This document shows, one piece after another, positions 22,160-33,328 of a stretch of DNA of 64,000 bases. A program made the translations under genes and the position numbers. Below the pieces are notes generated by a model, which saw only the letters and a program-made list of their open reading frames with translations, was not told where the DNA came from and did no database searches. Numbering within the stretch: position 1 is the stretch's first letter; every line of letters starts with the position of its first letter. Origin of the DNA: an uncultured Hormoscilla sp. (GTDB lineage Bacteria; Cyanobacteriota; Cyanobacteriia; Cyanobacteriales; Desertifilaceae). The stretch spans positions 1,376,001 to 1,440,000 of the forward strand of contig OZ001293.3 in NCBI GenBank assembly GCA_963921275.4, written 5' to 3'.

Positions 22160-22338
22160 AGATAATTGCCTGAAAGAGAGGTCGCTGAGCAAGCGGCGCT
22201 CCCAAGGCGGACCGAACCTAGAAAAGAAAATAGTTTGAAAGCTAAGAAGCTTAAGTACCTCGTCAAAGAAAATCAAGTTTCCGGGGAAACCTAGGAACTA
22301 TAGTAAGTCAAAGAGCCGCAAACGGCTTCGGAATTATC

Positions 22339-22417
<79 letters not shown>

Positions 22418-22480
22418 GCATAAAAGTAAAGGCAAACTCTGAAGTAATACTTAGAAACTGAAAATCATCGATTTTGTAGT

Positions 22481-22984
22481 TTGCAGACACACCCTAGTTC
22501 AGTTCATTTTACCGCTATAGAAAAAATAAAAATTTTCTTTCCCCAGAGTTTTAATAGTGTAACTGGCGAAGTTAAAATTCAAACTCCAGCTATAGTAGAT
22601 ATTCCCGAAATTATCAAGCTCATGAATTCTTCTCCAGAGGTGGCTTTTTGTGAATGGGAAGATTTCTTTCTTTTAGAAAGAACAATTTTTGAAAATCATT
22701 CTGTGAACTTAATAGCTAAGAAGGGAGTCGAATTAATATGAGTCTTAATAGGAGGTTCTTTTGGTGTCCGGGGGACAATCAGTCACCTGGTAGTTGCTGA
22801 AAAATATAGGTGTCAAGGGATAGGTCGTGCCTTAGTTGAGCGAGATTTAGAAGGATTCAAGTCTGCTGGAATTAAAAGAATATTTCTCTTCACTATAGAT
22901 GAGACTCTGGTTGGTTCTAAGTTTTGGAAAGCAATGGGATTTAAAGGGGTAGAAGGTGAAACAACCTTTGAACTCGACATTTAA
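22481..22984 (+). pseudogene. GNAT acetyltransferase with internal TGA
   Basis: Read through TGA 22739-41: ...ISHLVVAEKYRCQGIGRALV...FWKAMGF (acetyl-CoA motif). Confidence 0.8.
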
Positions 22985-23033
22985 AGAACAACAAGCAAAT
23001 TGTGCATTTAACTTATACAAAGAAGGTGAATTT

Positions 23034-23489
23034 ATGGCTATTAAAGTTGGCAGTAATTTTCAATCAATGATAGAAAAGCAGGGCTATATCACTGCCTCTG
23101 CAGCACAGTGTAAATTATCTGTAGATGAACAAGAAGCTTTTAGTGAACTCCAAAAATGTTGGAATAACCTTGAGTTAGATAAGTATTACGGAGAAGCGCA
23201 TCCTTCTAACTATCGTATTCGACGTTACAGTGACTTTATTTATGTACCAACTACAGGAGAGTTACACCCCAAGGAACATGTGGCATACTATCAAAGCGAA
23301 CGCCAAAACTCTTATGCGGGCGGTAAAACACGTCACTTTGGCGATATTTTGCCCGAAACTTACGAAAACACTTTTCTCCAAGACCTGGTTAAATATGACT
23401 TCAATCAGTTTCCAATTCCGGAAGAATACCTCGATCAGGATTGGATTTGCCAAATTCATATGATTCGCATTGTCGTAGGTCATAATTAA
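23034..23489 (+). pseudogene. 2OG-Fe(II) dioxygenase (2OG-Fe_Oxy_2/BsmA-like), truncated before the HxD motif
   Basis: LELDKYY...YRIRRYSDF, YYQS..NSYAGGKTRHF, QIHMIRI; ends just before a metH-derived fragment. Confidence 0.7.
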
Positions 23490-23492
23490 AGT

Positions 23493-23603
23493 GGCGCATT
23501 ATAAAATGACCCCCCTAGAATTTAAAACTTCCATGTCTCAATTCATTGCGGAACATGGGGTTCAGATTGTCGGTGGTTGCTGCGGTACGCGCCCAGAACA
23601 TAT
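23493..23603 (+). repeat. 111-bp exact duplicate of an internal metH segment (35255-35365)
   Basis: ggcgcattataaaatgaccccc...gcccagaacatat is identical at both loci. Confidence 0.92.
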
Positions 23604-23959
23604 CCCGCTTCCCAGGTTAAAGCGCTAGGGTTGGGTGAGGTTGTATGGGATACCAAATAATTGGGACATGAGCCCCATAACCCTTGAATTGTAGTTAAAA
23701 ATGGATCGCTGCGCGACTACGGATTCAGGAGGGCCTTAAATTACTCCTTATTTTAGGGTAATTAACCGGATTTGATATAAACTAGGCTTTTAGCATTCAA
23801 CAATCTGAACAAAAGCTAATAAAGCTTGGCTCAAGTCAAGAAGTTTGCTATTATTTCAGAGTGTTGATAACTAAAGTATGATTTCCAGGAATTTTATATA
23901 TTTTTCCGGAAATATATTCTCGCGCGTGGTATAATATTGATAGTGCAAACAAAAACATC

Positions 23960-24547
23960 ATGAGATATGCCACACCGAGAGAAGCGTCACAAGTCCTTCA
24001 GGTCTCGGAAAAAACACTCCGAAACTGGGATAGAGACGGAAAAATACAGACAATTAGAACTCCCGCTGGTCATCGACGATACGACATCGACTCCGTCATT
24101 AATCCAGACGGCTCCCCAAGAATCAGAATCCTCTACGCCAGAGTCAGTTCATATAAGCAAAAGTCAGACCTTGAACGGCAAGCCGACTATTTGCAATCCT
24201 TGTTCACAGACGGAAAACTTGTCAAGGAAATCGGATCAGGACTCAACTACAAACGCAAAGGGTTTTTATCCATTCTGGGACAAGTCATGTCAGGAGATGT
24301 CAAAGAAGTTGTGGTCTGCCACAAAGACAGACTTGTCAGGTTTGGACTTGACCTTATCGAGTGGCTCTGTCAACAAAAAGATTGCCAACTCATGGTTCTC
24401 AACCGAAGTGACCTATCTCCAGAACGAGAAATGGTTGAGGATATCCTTGCCATCGTCCATGTCTTCAGTTGCAGACTCTATGGACTCAGGAAGTACAAAT
24501 CTGCTATCAAAGAAGATTCGAGTTTACCCAGAAACGGCATTAGCTAA
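23960..24547 (+). CDS. tnpA: IS607 serine-recombinase transposase TnpA
   Basis: MerR-like HTH, RTPAGHRRY, YARVSS, EIGSGLNYKRKG, HKDRLVRFG, FSCRLYGLR. Confidence 0.93.
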   Translation: MRYATPREASQVLQVSEKTLRNWDRDGKIQTIRTPAGHRRYDIDSVINPDGSPRIRILYARVSSYKQKSDLERQADYLQSLFTDGKLVKEIGSGLNYKRKGFLSILGQVMSGDVKEVVVCHKDRLVRFGLDLIEWLCQQKDCQLMVLNRSDLSPEREMVEDILAIVHVFSCRLYGLRKYKSAIKEDSSLPRNGIS

Positions 24548-25657
24548 AACCTGGTTTCAATGGATATCAGCAGCCAGATGGTGCTTCAATCAAGCCATTG
24601 CTATACTCAAAAATCAGAAGATTGGCAAATATGACCTACGCAAAACGGTCATGGATATGGCTCCATCTTGGGTAAGTCAAACCCCATATAGCCCACGCCA
24701 ATTGGCGGTATTTCAGGCTTATGAGGCACACAAAGCAGCAAGAAAATCAGGAGGAGATGCTAAATTTTGCTCAGTACGTGAATCTGTTAAGTCCATCGGT
24801 TTCAGAAAAATAACTGGAAAAAAGGAAATTTTTATCCAACACAGACCAAAGGATTAAGGTTCAAAGCAAGTGAGCCAATTATAGACAAAATGCACCATGA
24901 GCCTACATTGGTACTAGACAGAGGACGTTGGTTTATCTGTTATGCCATAGACGTGCCTAAACTGGAACCATTAAACAGTGAGCTAGCCATCGCCCTTGAT
25001 CCAGGTGTCAGGACATTTCTAACTGGGTTTGACGGTCAAGAAATTTGGGAGGTTGGCAAGTCTGATATGGGTCGTATCTATCGGTTAGCCAGTCATCTCG
25101 ATCGGCTAATGTCTCGAATCGGCTTATCTAAAGGACGCCAATTTAAGCGGCTACGGCACTGCCTGCGAAAGGCGGCACAAAAGATTCGGGTTAAGATTCG
25201 TAACTTGGTTGATGAACTGCATAAGAAAGCAGCCAACTATCTATGCACCAAGTACAAAGTCATATTTTTGCCTACATTTGAGGTTAAAAATATGGTCAAA
25301 CGAGGCAAGCGACGGTTGTCAACTAAGACAGCACGTAAAATGGTTACATGGTCTCATTACCGTTTTAAGCAAACGTTGAAGCATCAAGCAGCTAAATACG
25401 GCTGTGTTGTAGTAGACGTGACGGAAGAGTACACCAGCAAAACTTGCTCAAAATGTGGGCACATTCACATAAAGTTAGGAGGCAACAAACGATTTATTTG
25501 TCCCTCATGTGGTCACACTATTAGTCGTGATATTAATGGCGCTTTCAACATTTTGTTGAAGGCTTTGAGAGATACCTCCGCATCTGGCCTGATAGCTTCA
25601 TTCCAGATTGTGCCATACTCAGAAATTTCCGGCAATTACAAGATTTTTTCGGGTTAA
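24480..25657 (+). pseudogene. tnpB: IS607 TnpB nuclease (pro-Fanzor-like), frameshifted near 24800
   Basis: KKIRVYP..AARWCFN N-terminus; RuvC ALDPG, IFLPTF, VTEEYTSKTCSKCG, CPSCG, RDINGAFNI. Confidence 0.85.
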
Positions 25658-25753
25658 ATGTATCTGCTTAGTAGTTCAGCTAAACTTGGCCGTTACGTGT
25701 GAAAATATCTGCCGACTACATTTGGGAAAGCTTTTGTTTTTAGGAGTATTCTC

Positions 25754-27482
25754 ATGGAAAGAAGAAAGAGTGGATATCCCTACGAGCTAAAGAAAGTAAA
25801 GAAAGAGACATGGAGAGATTCACCTGCTCAAATGAATGAAGATGGGAATCTTATTATTCAGGGACGGTCAGTTATGGAAGGCTGGCAGAAAGATTATATG
25901 GCAGAGTTTGCCAAAGTAGTTACTCAGAATGGAGGAAAAATATTAGAAGTAGGATTTGGAATGGGTTTATCTGCATCGTTTATTCAACAGTATGATAACT
26001 CAAGTTGCGACCTATAAAAATTGGATACAAAAAGCTATGATAAAGAGAATTATTTTCAACTCTAATCCCTTAGATGTAACAGCATGAATTGACTTGGGAA
26101 CAAATTGGTGATTCGACTAAAACAGGTTTCAACTTGTTTTCTTGTTACTTTTTGTATATATTCAAAACAAGAATATTCTTTTCTTTTTGAGTTCTTTTTT
26201 CGCAAAGGTTTTAACATTATACTTGACGACTCTTTTAGTAAATCCTCTAATTGATAATCATTATAAGCTTTATCTCCATAAACTATTGAATTTGATGGTA
26301 AGTCAAAGCCAAAAGATTGCAAAACTTTAACATCATTATAACTACCAGGATCTAGATAAAATTCTATTGGCTTTCCATTTTTGTTTACCAACATATGAAC
26401 TCTTAATCCATAAAAATAACGTTTTTTACTGGCAATATACCCTCGATATTCTTCCTTGTTATAAATTTGGCATCTATCAATCCTAATATTATCACATACT
26501 GGCACCGGGAAACTATCAAGAATATATTCTTGACCCGGATTGAGCTCTTTAAATGTTTGAGCTATAACTTGGAAGAAAAACATCCAAATTGGTTCGTCAA
26601 TATTGTGTAATCGACGATTGAACCTACTTTTACTTAACAGATTTTTTATATACTTGTGTTGGACCATAAATTGACAAGAGCGATCGTGGTGTCCTCCGAA
26701 AAAATATGCAGCAACTAATCCGACTGTCATCACTTCGGCATTGTTCATTTTTACTTGTGGATCTTCTTTTATATTTAACGCTTTTAGTAGCTCGTCACAA
26801 AGAACAAAAATTGTTGTAATCATATCTTCCATCATCTACATCCCCCAGCAATTAACTATTATTTTAGTACATTATAACCTATAAACAGCCAACCCGCCGT
26901 TTAGCACAAAAAAAATATAATTTTGTATCAAAAGCTACGAAATATCCCAAATATCTGTAAAGTCTAAGTGGGTAATTCATATTTTTTTTAATAGGTCGCA
27001 ACTTAGGTTATGATATTACTGAGCACATCATAATTGAACCCAATGATGATGTTTATAGAAATCTAGAGTCATTTGCGAGAAATGCAAAAAACAAGGTTAG
27101 CCCTGTTTATGGTATGTGGCAAGATGTAATCAAGGATATCGAAAAGTTTTCTGATGAGACGTATGATGGTATTTTCTTTGATGGCTCCCCTTTTGATGAA
27201 ATTGAACTACATCATCGTCAATTCCATTTTGGTAAACATGCCCATAGGTTGCTTAAAAAGGGTGGAATTTATAGTTATTGCAACTTGTGCTCGATAGGAG
27301 TCCTGAAAGATAATTACGATAGTTGGGAAAAGCTGTTCGAAGAGACACAAATACCTTACTTAAAGGAAATAGGGTTTGAGTCGAGCGAAATAGGTTTTAA
27401 AATCATGAATGTCAGGCCTTCTGATAATCATCCAAAGTACTCGCATTTGACGGCTATTATTCCATGGTTAGTAAAGACCTAA
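25754..27482 (+). pseudogene. Guanidinoacetate N-methyltransferase-like (GAMT/RMT2-type) SAM methyltransferase split by IS982
   Basis: VMEGWQKDYM, ILEVGFGMG; removing the IS and one TSD gives YDITEHIIIEPNDDVY...GMWQDV...YDGIFFD..RLLKKGGIYSYCNL...FEETQIP. Confidence 0.85.
25998..27008 (-). mobile_element. IS982-family insertion sequence, copy 1 (transposase frameshifted near 26099)
   Basis: IRs ACTCAAGTTGCGACCTAT / ATAGGTCGCAACTTAGGT; 7-bp TSD TATGATA; DDE motifs LDSFP, GDKAY, RKQVET. Confidence 0.92.
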
Positions 27483-27499
27483 GAATTTGTTTGGGAATA

Positions 27500-27715
27500 A
27501 TATCAAATCCGGTTAATTAACCTAAAAAAAAATCCTCCCGTAGGACGGGCGTCCCGCCTGTCCGTCAGCCTGGATAAGGACAGGCGGGACGCCCGTCCTA
27601 CGGGGGGTTACAAATTTTTGTATAGGTATTTAATCAGCCTGGATAAGGACAGGCGGGACGCCCGTCCTACGGGGGGTTACAAGTTTTTGTATGGGTATTT
27701 AACCGGATTCGATAT
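27500..27715. mobile_element. MITE with internal REP-like hairpins and about 69-bp tandem duplication
   Basis: TIR atatcaaatccggttaa / ttaaccggattcgatat; a solo right end also occurs near 23760-23779. Confidence 0.7.
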
Positions 27716-27945
27716 AAGCACCTAGAAGGTATCTATATTGAGGGTCGTCATAAACTAAAGCCTGACTGTGTCTATGTGTAGCGTCCCCAAGACGAAAAAC
27801 TAGATAGATGGGGATGGTATTCAGCGACAAGTTCCCTAAGGACTCCCTTTCCGGCCTTAGATTGATTATAGACTCTTGCCTATAATCTCAGGCATTACGG
27901 GATTTAGAGATGTTTTGATACACAATAAAAACTTGAAACAATTCT

Positions 27946-28107
27946 GGCTCTATCGTCCAAGCTATGCTGTTGGGCTTCAGAATCGCCTGTCACCGTTGCA
28001 GGCAAGAGATTTCAGGTTTTTGTTAGAATTAAATTGATGAATCCCTTGCCATGCAAGGGTTCTCATTTAGTTCCTAGTTCCCTTTGCATACTCCAGACGA
28101 TAGAGCC
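27946..28107. mobile_element. MITE with GGCTCT termini (ISL3-like)
   Basis: TIR GGCTCTATCGTC / GACGATAGAGCC; imperfect 8-bp flanking repeat acaattct/acaatctt. Confidence 0.65.
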
Positions 28108-28164
28108 ACAATCTTTCATATTAAATTTTTACTCAATTCTGCATTTTTTCAGGCAAAGCTAGGA

Positions 28165-29298
28165 ATGGATGTAAATCAATCACAAGAGATAGCTGATTTA
28201 ACCCAAGGGAGTCCTGAAGGCGAAGCAACAATAATCGCCAGTCTTCTTTCAGTCTTAAAGGCATTGATTTTAGCAATTGCTGCGGGATATCTCTGCACAT
28301 ACGTTGGAATTCCAGTGGGATGGATGATTGGCCCCTTAATTGTTGGTGTAATGCTTGCATCTTTCGATGTTAATTCAAGACCTCTGCCAGTTGTACTTTT
28401 TACACTCAGTCAAGTTATCATCGGTCTTACTTCTGCAGTCAGATTCTCCCCAGAAACCCTAACTTTAGTTAAGAGCTTTATTCTTCCTATCACACTATGT
28501 ATTCTAGCAACAGTTGTCTGTAGCATGTTTAGTGGTTTTTTGCTATGGCGCTTATCAGGTTTAGATCTTCCAACCAGTCTTTTAGCCTCCATTCCAGGAG
28601 CTTCTTCAGGCATCATTGCAATGAGTGAAGAGTATGGAGCTGAAGTTACTATAGTTGCCATTTTGCAGTACATTCGGGTGATAATGTTAATTATAATAGT
28701 ACCTGAAGTCGGTGAATGGCTAGTTTCAATTCAAGACACTAACACACTTTTTTTTAGTGTAGATATGCCATTGCATGAGTATGAATATTCCTATCCAATA
28801 ATAAATTGGTCGCTGCTAATAGTTTGTGGTTTCCTTGGAACTTTACTGGGAAGAATTATACGGTTTCCAGCTCCCGCTTTTATAGGAAGTTTTTCTCTAG
28901 GTCTGATCGTATTTTTGAGCTTTCCTCACCACTTTTATATGCCTGACTTTGGATTTATTAGTGGCTTGATTTTACTAGGACTAGCTACTGGATTGAAGTT
29001 TGAATGGCATACTATAAAATATATTCAGCGAGCTATTTTTATAGAAATTATCTTAGTCATTGCTTTAATTGCCATTTGCTTGTCAATTGGCTATGATTTT
29101 CATTTAATAACTCAAGTTGATACTATGACATCTCTGTTAGGGTTTATGCCTGGAGCGATCGATGCGATGGTAGCAATAGTAACTCAACTGGGAGGAGATA
29201 CCGGGGCAGTAGTTGCAATTCACATGACTCGGCAATTCCTAATTCTCTTAGTAGTGAATTTTCTGAATGTTCTATACATTCGCCAAATGAAGAGCTAG
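28165..29298 (+). CDS. AbrB-family duplicated membrane protein (putative transporter/regulator)
   Basis: Two repeats of GIPVGWMIGP/RFPAPAFIG, SIPGASSG/FMPGAIDAM, LQYIRV/IHMTRQ; many TM helices. Confidence 0.85.
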   Translation: MDVNQSQEIADLTQGSPEGEATIIASLLSVLKALILAIAAGYLCTYVGIPVGWMIGPLIVGVMLASFDVNSRPLPVVLFTLSQVIIGLTSAVRFSPETLTLVKSFILPITLCILATVVCSMFSGFLLWRLSGLDLPTSLLASIPGASSGIIAMSEEYGAEVTIVAILQYIRVIMLIIIVPEVGEWLVSIQDTNTLFFSVDMPLHEYEYSYPIINWSLLIVCGFLGTLLGRIIRFPAPAFIGSFSLGLIVFLSFPHHFYMPDFGFISGLILLGLATGLKFEWHTIKYIQRAIFIEIILVIALIAICLSIGYDFHLITQVDTMTSLLGFMPGAIDAMVAIVTQLGGDTGAVVAIHMTRQFLILLVVNFLNVLYIRQMKS

Positions 29299-30200
29299 GG
29301 ATTGGATTAAGTGTTAGCGAATAGTCTTGTAGAGGTCATTAACAATAGTGTACAGATCGCAAGTACGATCGCTCTCGTAGGGTGGCGCGATTCGTGCTCC
29401 TGTGTCGCAAAAGATTTCTATCCGAGCTAAAAGCCTTTGCCTGCTGCGTTTTAAGGCTTGTTGCCATCTCAAATCAAAATATTTGTCTGCTGCGTTTGAG
29501 CTTCTCTGTTGCGTAGATTAACATCCCAAGTCTGCTTCGCCTGAAGTTTTGGTAGAGCTGTTTGGTTTGTGGTCAATTTCATCACAAGTCTTAAGTTGTG
29601 CAAATGAGATGTAGTTAAGATTAGTCGAGTCTGCTATGGTTTGTAGAACTTGTGTATAGAAGTCTTGAATTTGGTTGCTTCAACACGCCACAGGAGCGGA
29701 TGCTTAGGGGATAGCGTCTGGTTTTCCCGAAGCTTGGTCTCGTGCCGCTCAGTTCAACCGTTAACATCCCTATTCCCAGGTTAAAGCGGTGGAGGTGGGT
29801 GGCAGAGCGATCGTGATGTTGCATTGGTGGGCGATCGTTCCAGTGCGATCAAATGATCTTGTAGGATGCGTTAGCGGCAGCGTAATGCATCGCAAATTTA
29901 CTCACATTATCCTCGACTTTTCTGTGTCTAACCAGGGTAATGCACCAGACAGCTTGGCAATCTACTGCCCTGACACAGTTAAAATAGTGCATTAGATTTT
30001 AACTCAAATCCATAACTAATCTAGGCTATAGCGATTTTCTAATGCACTAAATTAGCTGTGCCACGCTACTACTTGGTTCTTACCCAACAAATCCATAGCC
30101 GTCGGTGGGCACGATCGTTAGGTAGGATAATCTTCTATTTAAGTTTTTGGGTAAAATTATAGATTAGTATCTGATCTGGTAGATTGAGAGGTAAGCCTAG

Positions 30201-30764
30201 ATGGTACAAACACCATACAAACTGCTTACATTAGCAGAGTTTCTGAAATTGCCAGAAATAGAGCCTGCAAATGAATATATTGATGGACAGATTATCCAGA
30301 AACCAATGCCCCAAGGGAAACACAGTGCAATTCAAGGGGAATTTGTTCCTGCCATCAACAGTACAGTCAAAACTAAGCGTATTGCTCGCGCCTTTCCTGA
30401 GCTACGTTGTACCTTTGGTGGTCGTTCAACTGTTCCTGATATTGGTGTTTTTACTTGGGATCGGATTCCCCGTGATGAGAACGGGGAGATTGCCAATGCC
30501 TTCAACATAGCACCAGATTGGACAATTGAAATCTTGTCTCCCGATCAAAATCAGACAAAAGTCACAAAAAATATTTTGCACTGTCTGAAGCATGGAACTC
30601 AGATGGGTTGGTTAATCGATCCAAGTGAACAGACTGTGTTTGTCTATCGTCCTGGCCAAGAAATTGAAGTATTCGACCAGCCAGATTCGATTCTTCCAAT
30701 GCCGCCCTTTGTTAGTGCTCTATGCCTTACAGTTAAGGATTTATTTTCTTGGTTATTGGAGTAA
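30201..30764 (+). CDS. Uma2-family (DUF820) putative endonuclease
   Basis: EYIDGQIIQKPMP, VPDI, APDWTIEILSPDQ, GWLIDP. Confidence 0.92.
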   Translation: MVQTPYKLLTLAEFLKLPEIEPANEYIDGQIIQKPMPQGKHSAIQGEFVPAINSTVKTKRIARAFPELRCTFGGRSTVPDIGVFTWDRIPRDENGEIANAFNIAPDWTIEILSPDQNQTKVTKNILHCLKHGTQMGWLIDPSEQTVFVYRPGQEIEVFDQPDSILPMPPFVSALCLTVKDLFSWLLE

Positions 30765-31157
30765 GATGAGATCCCAGGACAGGCTGACGCCATAGAATTC
30801 CAAGTCCGATCGCTGCCACGACCAACTCAATCACAGTTGCCATCAGCAAACTATTAGAGGGCACTCCATCCAGGGACAGACCCACCAAACGCGAGAGGCC
30901 GAACGAGCCGTAAACCAGGACAGTCAGCATTAGAGCCATCGATCGCAGATTGTGACGAAAGGCTCCGGCCAGGATAAGCAGAGCACTGGTCGCCAGCAAC
31001 CCGCCGGGGGCGCGGATTCTGAGAGCAGGTTGGGGTCATTCCCCAGGATAATCCCGTCACTGGCGTAGAAGGCATGGGGAACAAACAAGATGGTGCCGCC
31101 AATGGCTAGCAGCAGTAAGCCAGATACAGAAAGAAAAGTGATCGTCAAAGGTTTCAT
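30733..31157 (-). pseudogene. DUF4345-like membrane protein, frameshifted near 31015
   Basis: DPNLLSE.. continues in another frame as ...YGSFGLSRLVGLSLDGVPS...ELVVAAIG. Confidence 0.7.
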
Positions 31158-32023
31158 GCAACGTTCCTCCAGGTCGTCAGGTTTGCGAACTCACGGGCAA
31201 AATCAGCAAAATCTTTGGGTGGATGCCCCAGCGATCGCTGCACTCCATCCGCTACATAGGCGTTACGGCCATCCAACACCGTGCCAAACAGATGGTCCAT
31301 CAGCCAGACCATATGCTTAGGTGCCCCGGATTCTGCGACTGCGGTTAGGAAAACCTCGTGGGGAATCTGCTGATACTCAAGGGTGCGGCCCAACACCTGG
31401 GAAAGTTCCGCCGCTACTTCTGCAAAGGTCAGCAGACGAGGACCCGTGACGTCATAAATTTCGCCCCCGTGTTGGGGTTGGGTTAGGGCCGCGACGGCCA
31501 CATCGGCAATATCGTCAATGTCCACAAACGGTTCTGGAATATTACCCGCCGGAAGGGTGATGCAACCCGCCTGCACCATGTCTGCAAACGCCCCCTCCGA
31601 AAAGTTCTGGCAAAACCAACTGGCGCGAATGATGGTCCACTCCAGGCCGCTGCGCTGGATTATCGCTTCCCAGTCATGGGCGTCGGCTTCACCACGGCCG
31701 GTCAGCAACACCAACCGACGAACCCCATGGCGCTTGGCGGTGTCTACAAAAGCAGCGATGGTATCGTTGGAGCCGGGGAGCGGGAGATCCGACGGATAGT
31801 TGAGATAAACAGAAGTAACCGCTTCGAGACAGGCATCTTAACGGGTTGGTTGGGTCCAGTCAAAGGCGGGGGTGGCATTACGAGAACCCAGGCGAATGGG
31901 CTGGTTCAGAAGTTGGAGGCGGGAGGTCACCCGCTGTCCGGTTTTGCCCGTGGCGCCAAGGATCAGGGTCAGCCCTTCCGGCGGATGACGTTTCGGATCT
32001 CTTTTTGGATCTATGTTGTTCAT
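31154..32023 (-). pseudogene. NmrA-like NAD(P)H-binding SDR, frameshifted near 31840
   Basis: LILGATGKTGQRV, PAFDW, IIRASWFCQNFSEG, FVDIDDIADVA, YDVTGPRLLT; divergent from the AraC gene. Confidence 0.8.
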
Positions 32024-32070
32024 GGCTTTCTCCTTTTGGGTTCTGGGGCGACTTTGGTTCTGAGGCGACC

Positions 32071-32205
32071 CAATACTGTTCGGTTTAGTCAATCTCCCCC
32101 TCTTGGGAGGGGGCTGGGGGGTGGGTTTGTAGGCATTGAGGCATGGTAAACCCACCCCTAACCCCTCCCAAGAGGGGAACCGAAATGTTTAACCGAACAG
32201 TATTG
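32071..32205. mobile_element. MITE with nested GC-rich hairpin
   Basis: 15-bp TIR CAATACTGTTCGGTT / AACCGAACAGTATTG; diverged 10-bp flanks tgaggcgacc/tggggcaacc. Confidence 0.75.
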
Positions 32206-32344
32206 TGGGGCAACCCATATGACCTTCTGCCGCCTCAATTGAGATCTATAATGGAGCTATTATCCTGGATGAACAATGATAATAAATCCTGGATTATTGA
32301 CTAATCGTCCAGAGTGCTTGGACGAACAGATCAATCAATGGGCA

Positions 32345-33328
32345 ATGACGACTTCCGAAACGGCTTATCCCACCCCCAGCCCCCTGCCGCCACGGGATCC
32401 CCTGGGCGAAGTGTTCCACATGCTGCGCCTGACCGGCACCCTGCACTGTCGGGCCGAGTTGACCGCACCATGGGGTCTTGATGTTCCTCAGATCGACGGG
32501 TGCATGGTTCTCGAAATTGTCAATGCCGGTCGTTGCTGGATTGAGATAGAAGGGGAAGACCCATGGGAAGTGCGCGAAGGCAGCCTGATCCTGATGCCCC
32601 ACGGAATAGCCCACACCCTACGCAGCGATCGGGAGGTGGTGGCTGAGCCTCTTTTTGATATCCCGGTGGAGAAGATTAGCGATCGCTACGAAATCATGCG
32701 CCATGGTGGCGGCGGTGACTTCACCCAGATCACTGCTGGGGTTGTTCAGGTTGATCGCTCGGCTGTCGGCAATCTGTTGGACCTGTTCCCAAAAGTGTTG
32801 CAGATTGATGCCTGGGATGACGAGAGTGGCTGGCTGCAAAGCACCCTCCGTTTCATTAGCCAAGAGGCTCGGGATTTGAAGCCGGGGGGAGAAACCATCA
32901 TTACACGGCTCACGGATGTGCTGATTATTCAACTGATCCGCACGTGGGTGGACTCGGTATCTGGCGCAAACCAGGGTTGGCTCGCGGCTCTTCGGGACGA
33001 GCAAATCGGCCAAGCTCTGGTCTTAATGCATCAAGAGCCCCAGCATCCATGGACGGTAGCCTCACTGGCCCAGACGGTGAACCTGTCGCGCTCCGCATTC
33101 TCCGCCCGATTCACGGAACTGGTGGGCCAGCCAGCGATGAGCTACCTGACAGGATGGCGGATGCAGCTTGCCCACGATCTGATTCGTGAGACGACGTTAC
33201 CCCTTGGGGCGATCGCAGACCGGGTCGGGTATGACTCGGAAGCGGCATTTTCGAGAGCCTTCAAACGGATCTATGATGTCCCACCTGGGAGCAAACGAAG
33301 GATAAGCAAACCGTTAGGCCATATTTAA
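32345..33328 (+). CDS. AraC-family regulator with Cupin_6-type sensor domain
   Basis: APWG, GWLAALRD, WTVASLA..SRSAFSARF, VGYDSEAAFSRAFKR. Confidence 0.92.
   Translation: MTTSETAYPTPSPLPPRDPLGEVFHMLRLTGTLHCRAELTAPWGLDVPQIDGCMVLEIVNAGRCWIEIEGEDPWEVREGSLILMPHGIAHTLRSDREVVAEPLFDIPVEKISDRYEIMRHGGGGDFTQITAGVVQVDRSAVGNLLDLFPKVLQIDAWDDESGWLQSTLRFISQEARDLKPGGETIITRLTDVLIIQLIRTWVDSVSGANQGWLAALRDEQIGQALVLMHQEPQHPWTVASLAQTVNLSRSAFSARFTELVGQPAMSYLTGWRMQLAHDLIRETTLPLGAIADRVGYDSEAAFSRAFKRIYDVPPGSKRRISKPLGHI

Larger units (their letters stand above)
23850..25680 (+). mobile_element. IS607-family element (ends approximate)
   Basis: TnpA plus TnpB; similar subterminal direct motifs at 23881-23916 and 25624-25660. 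Confidence 0.85.

Noticed and set aside
21915..22276. ORFs 21915..22238, 22070..22276 and their counterparts 39012..39288
   Set aside because: They span nadC remnants and the rrn promoter/leader; their similarity comes from the DNA duplication, not coding constraint.
22739..22741. Recoded stop codons (selenocysteine/read-through) in GNAT, M28 peptidase and metH
   Set aside because: Three different stop types at positions expected to be Gly/Trp/Gln, amid general decay; simple nonsense mutations are more parsimonious.
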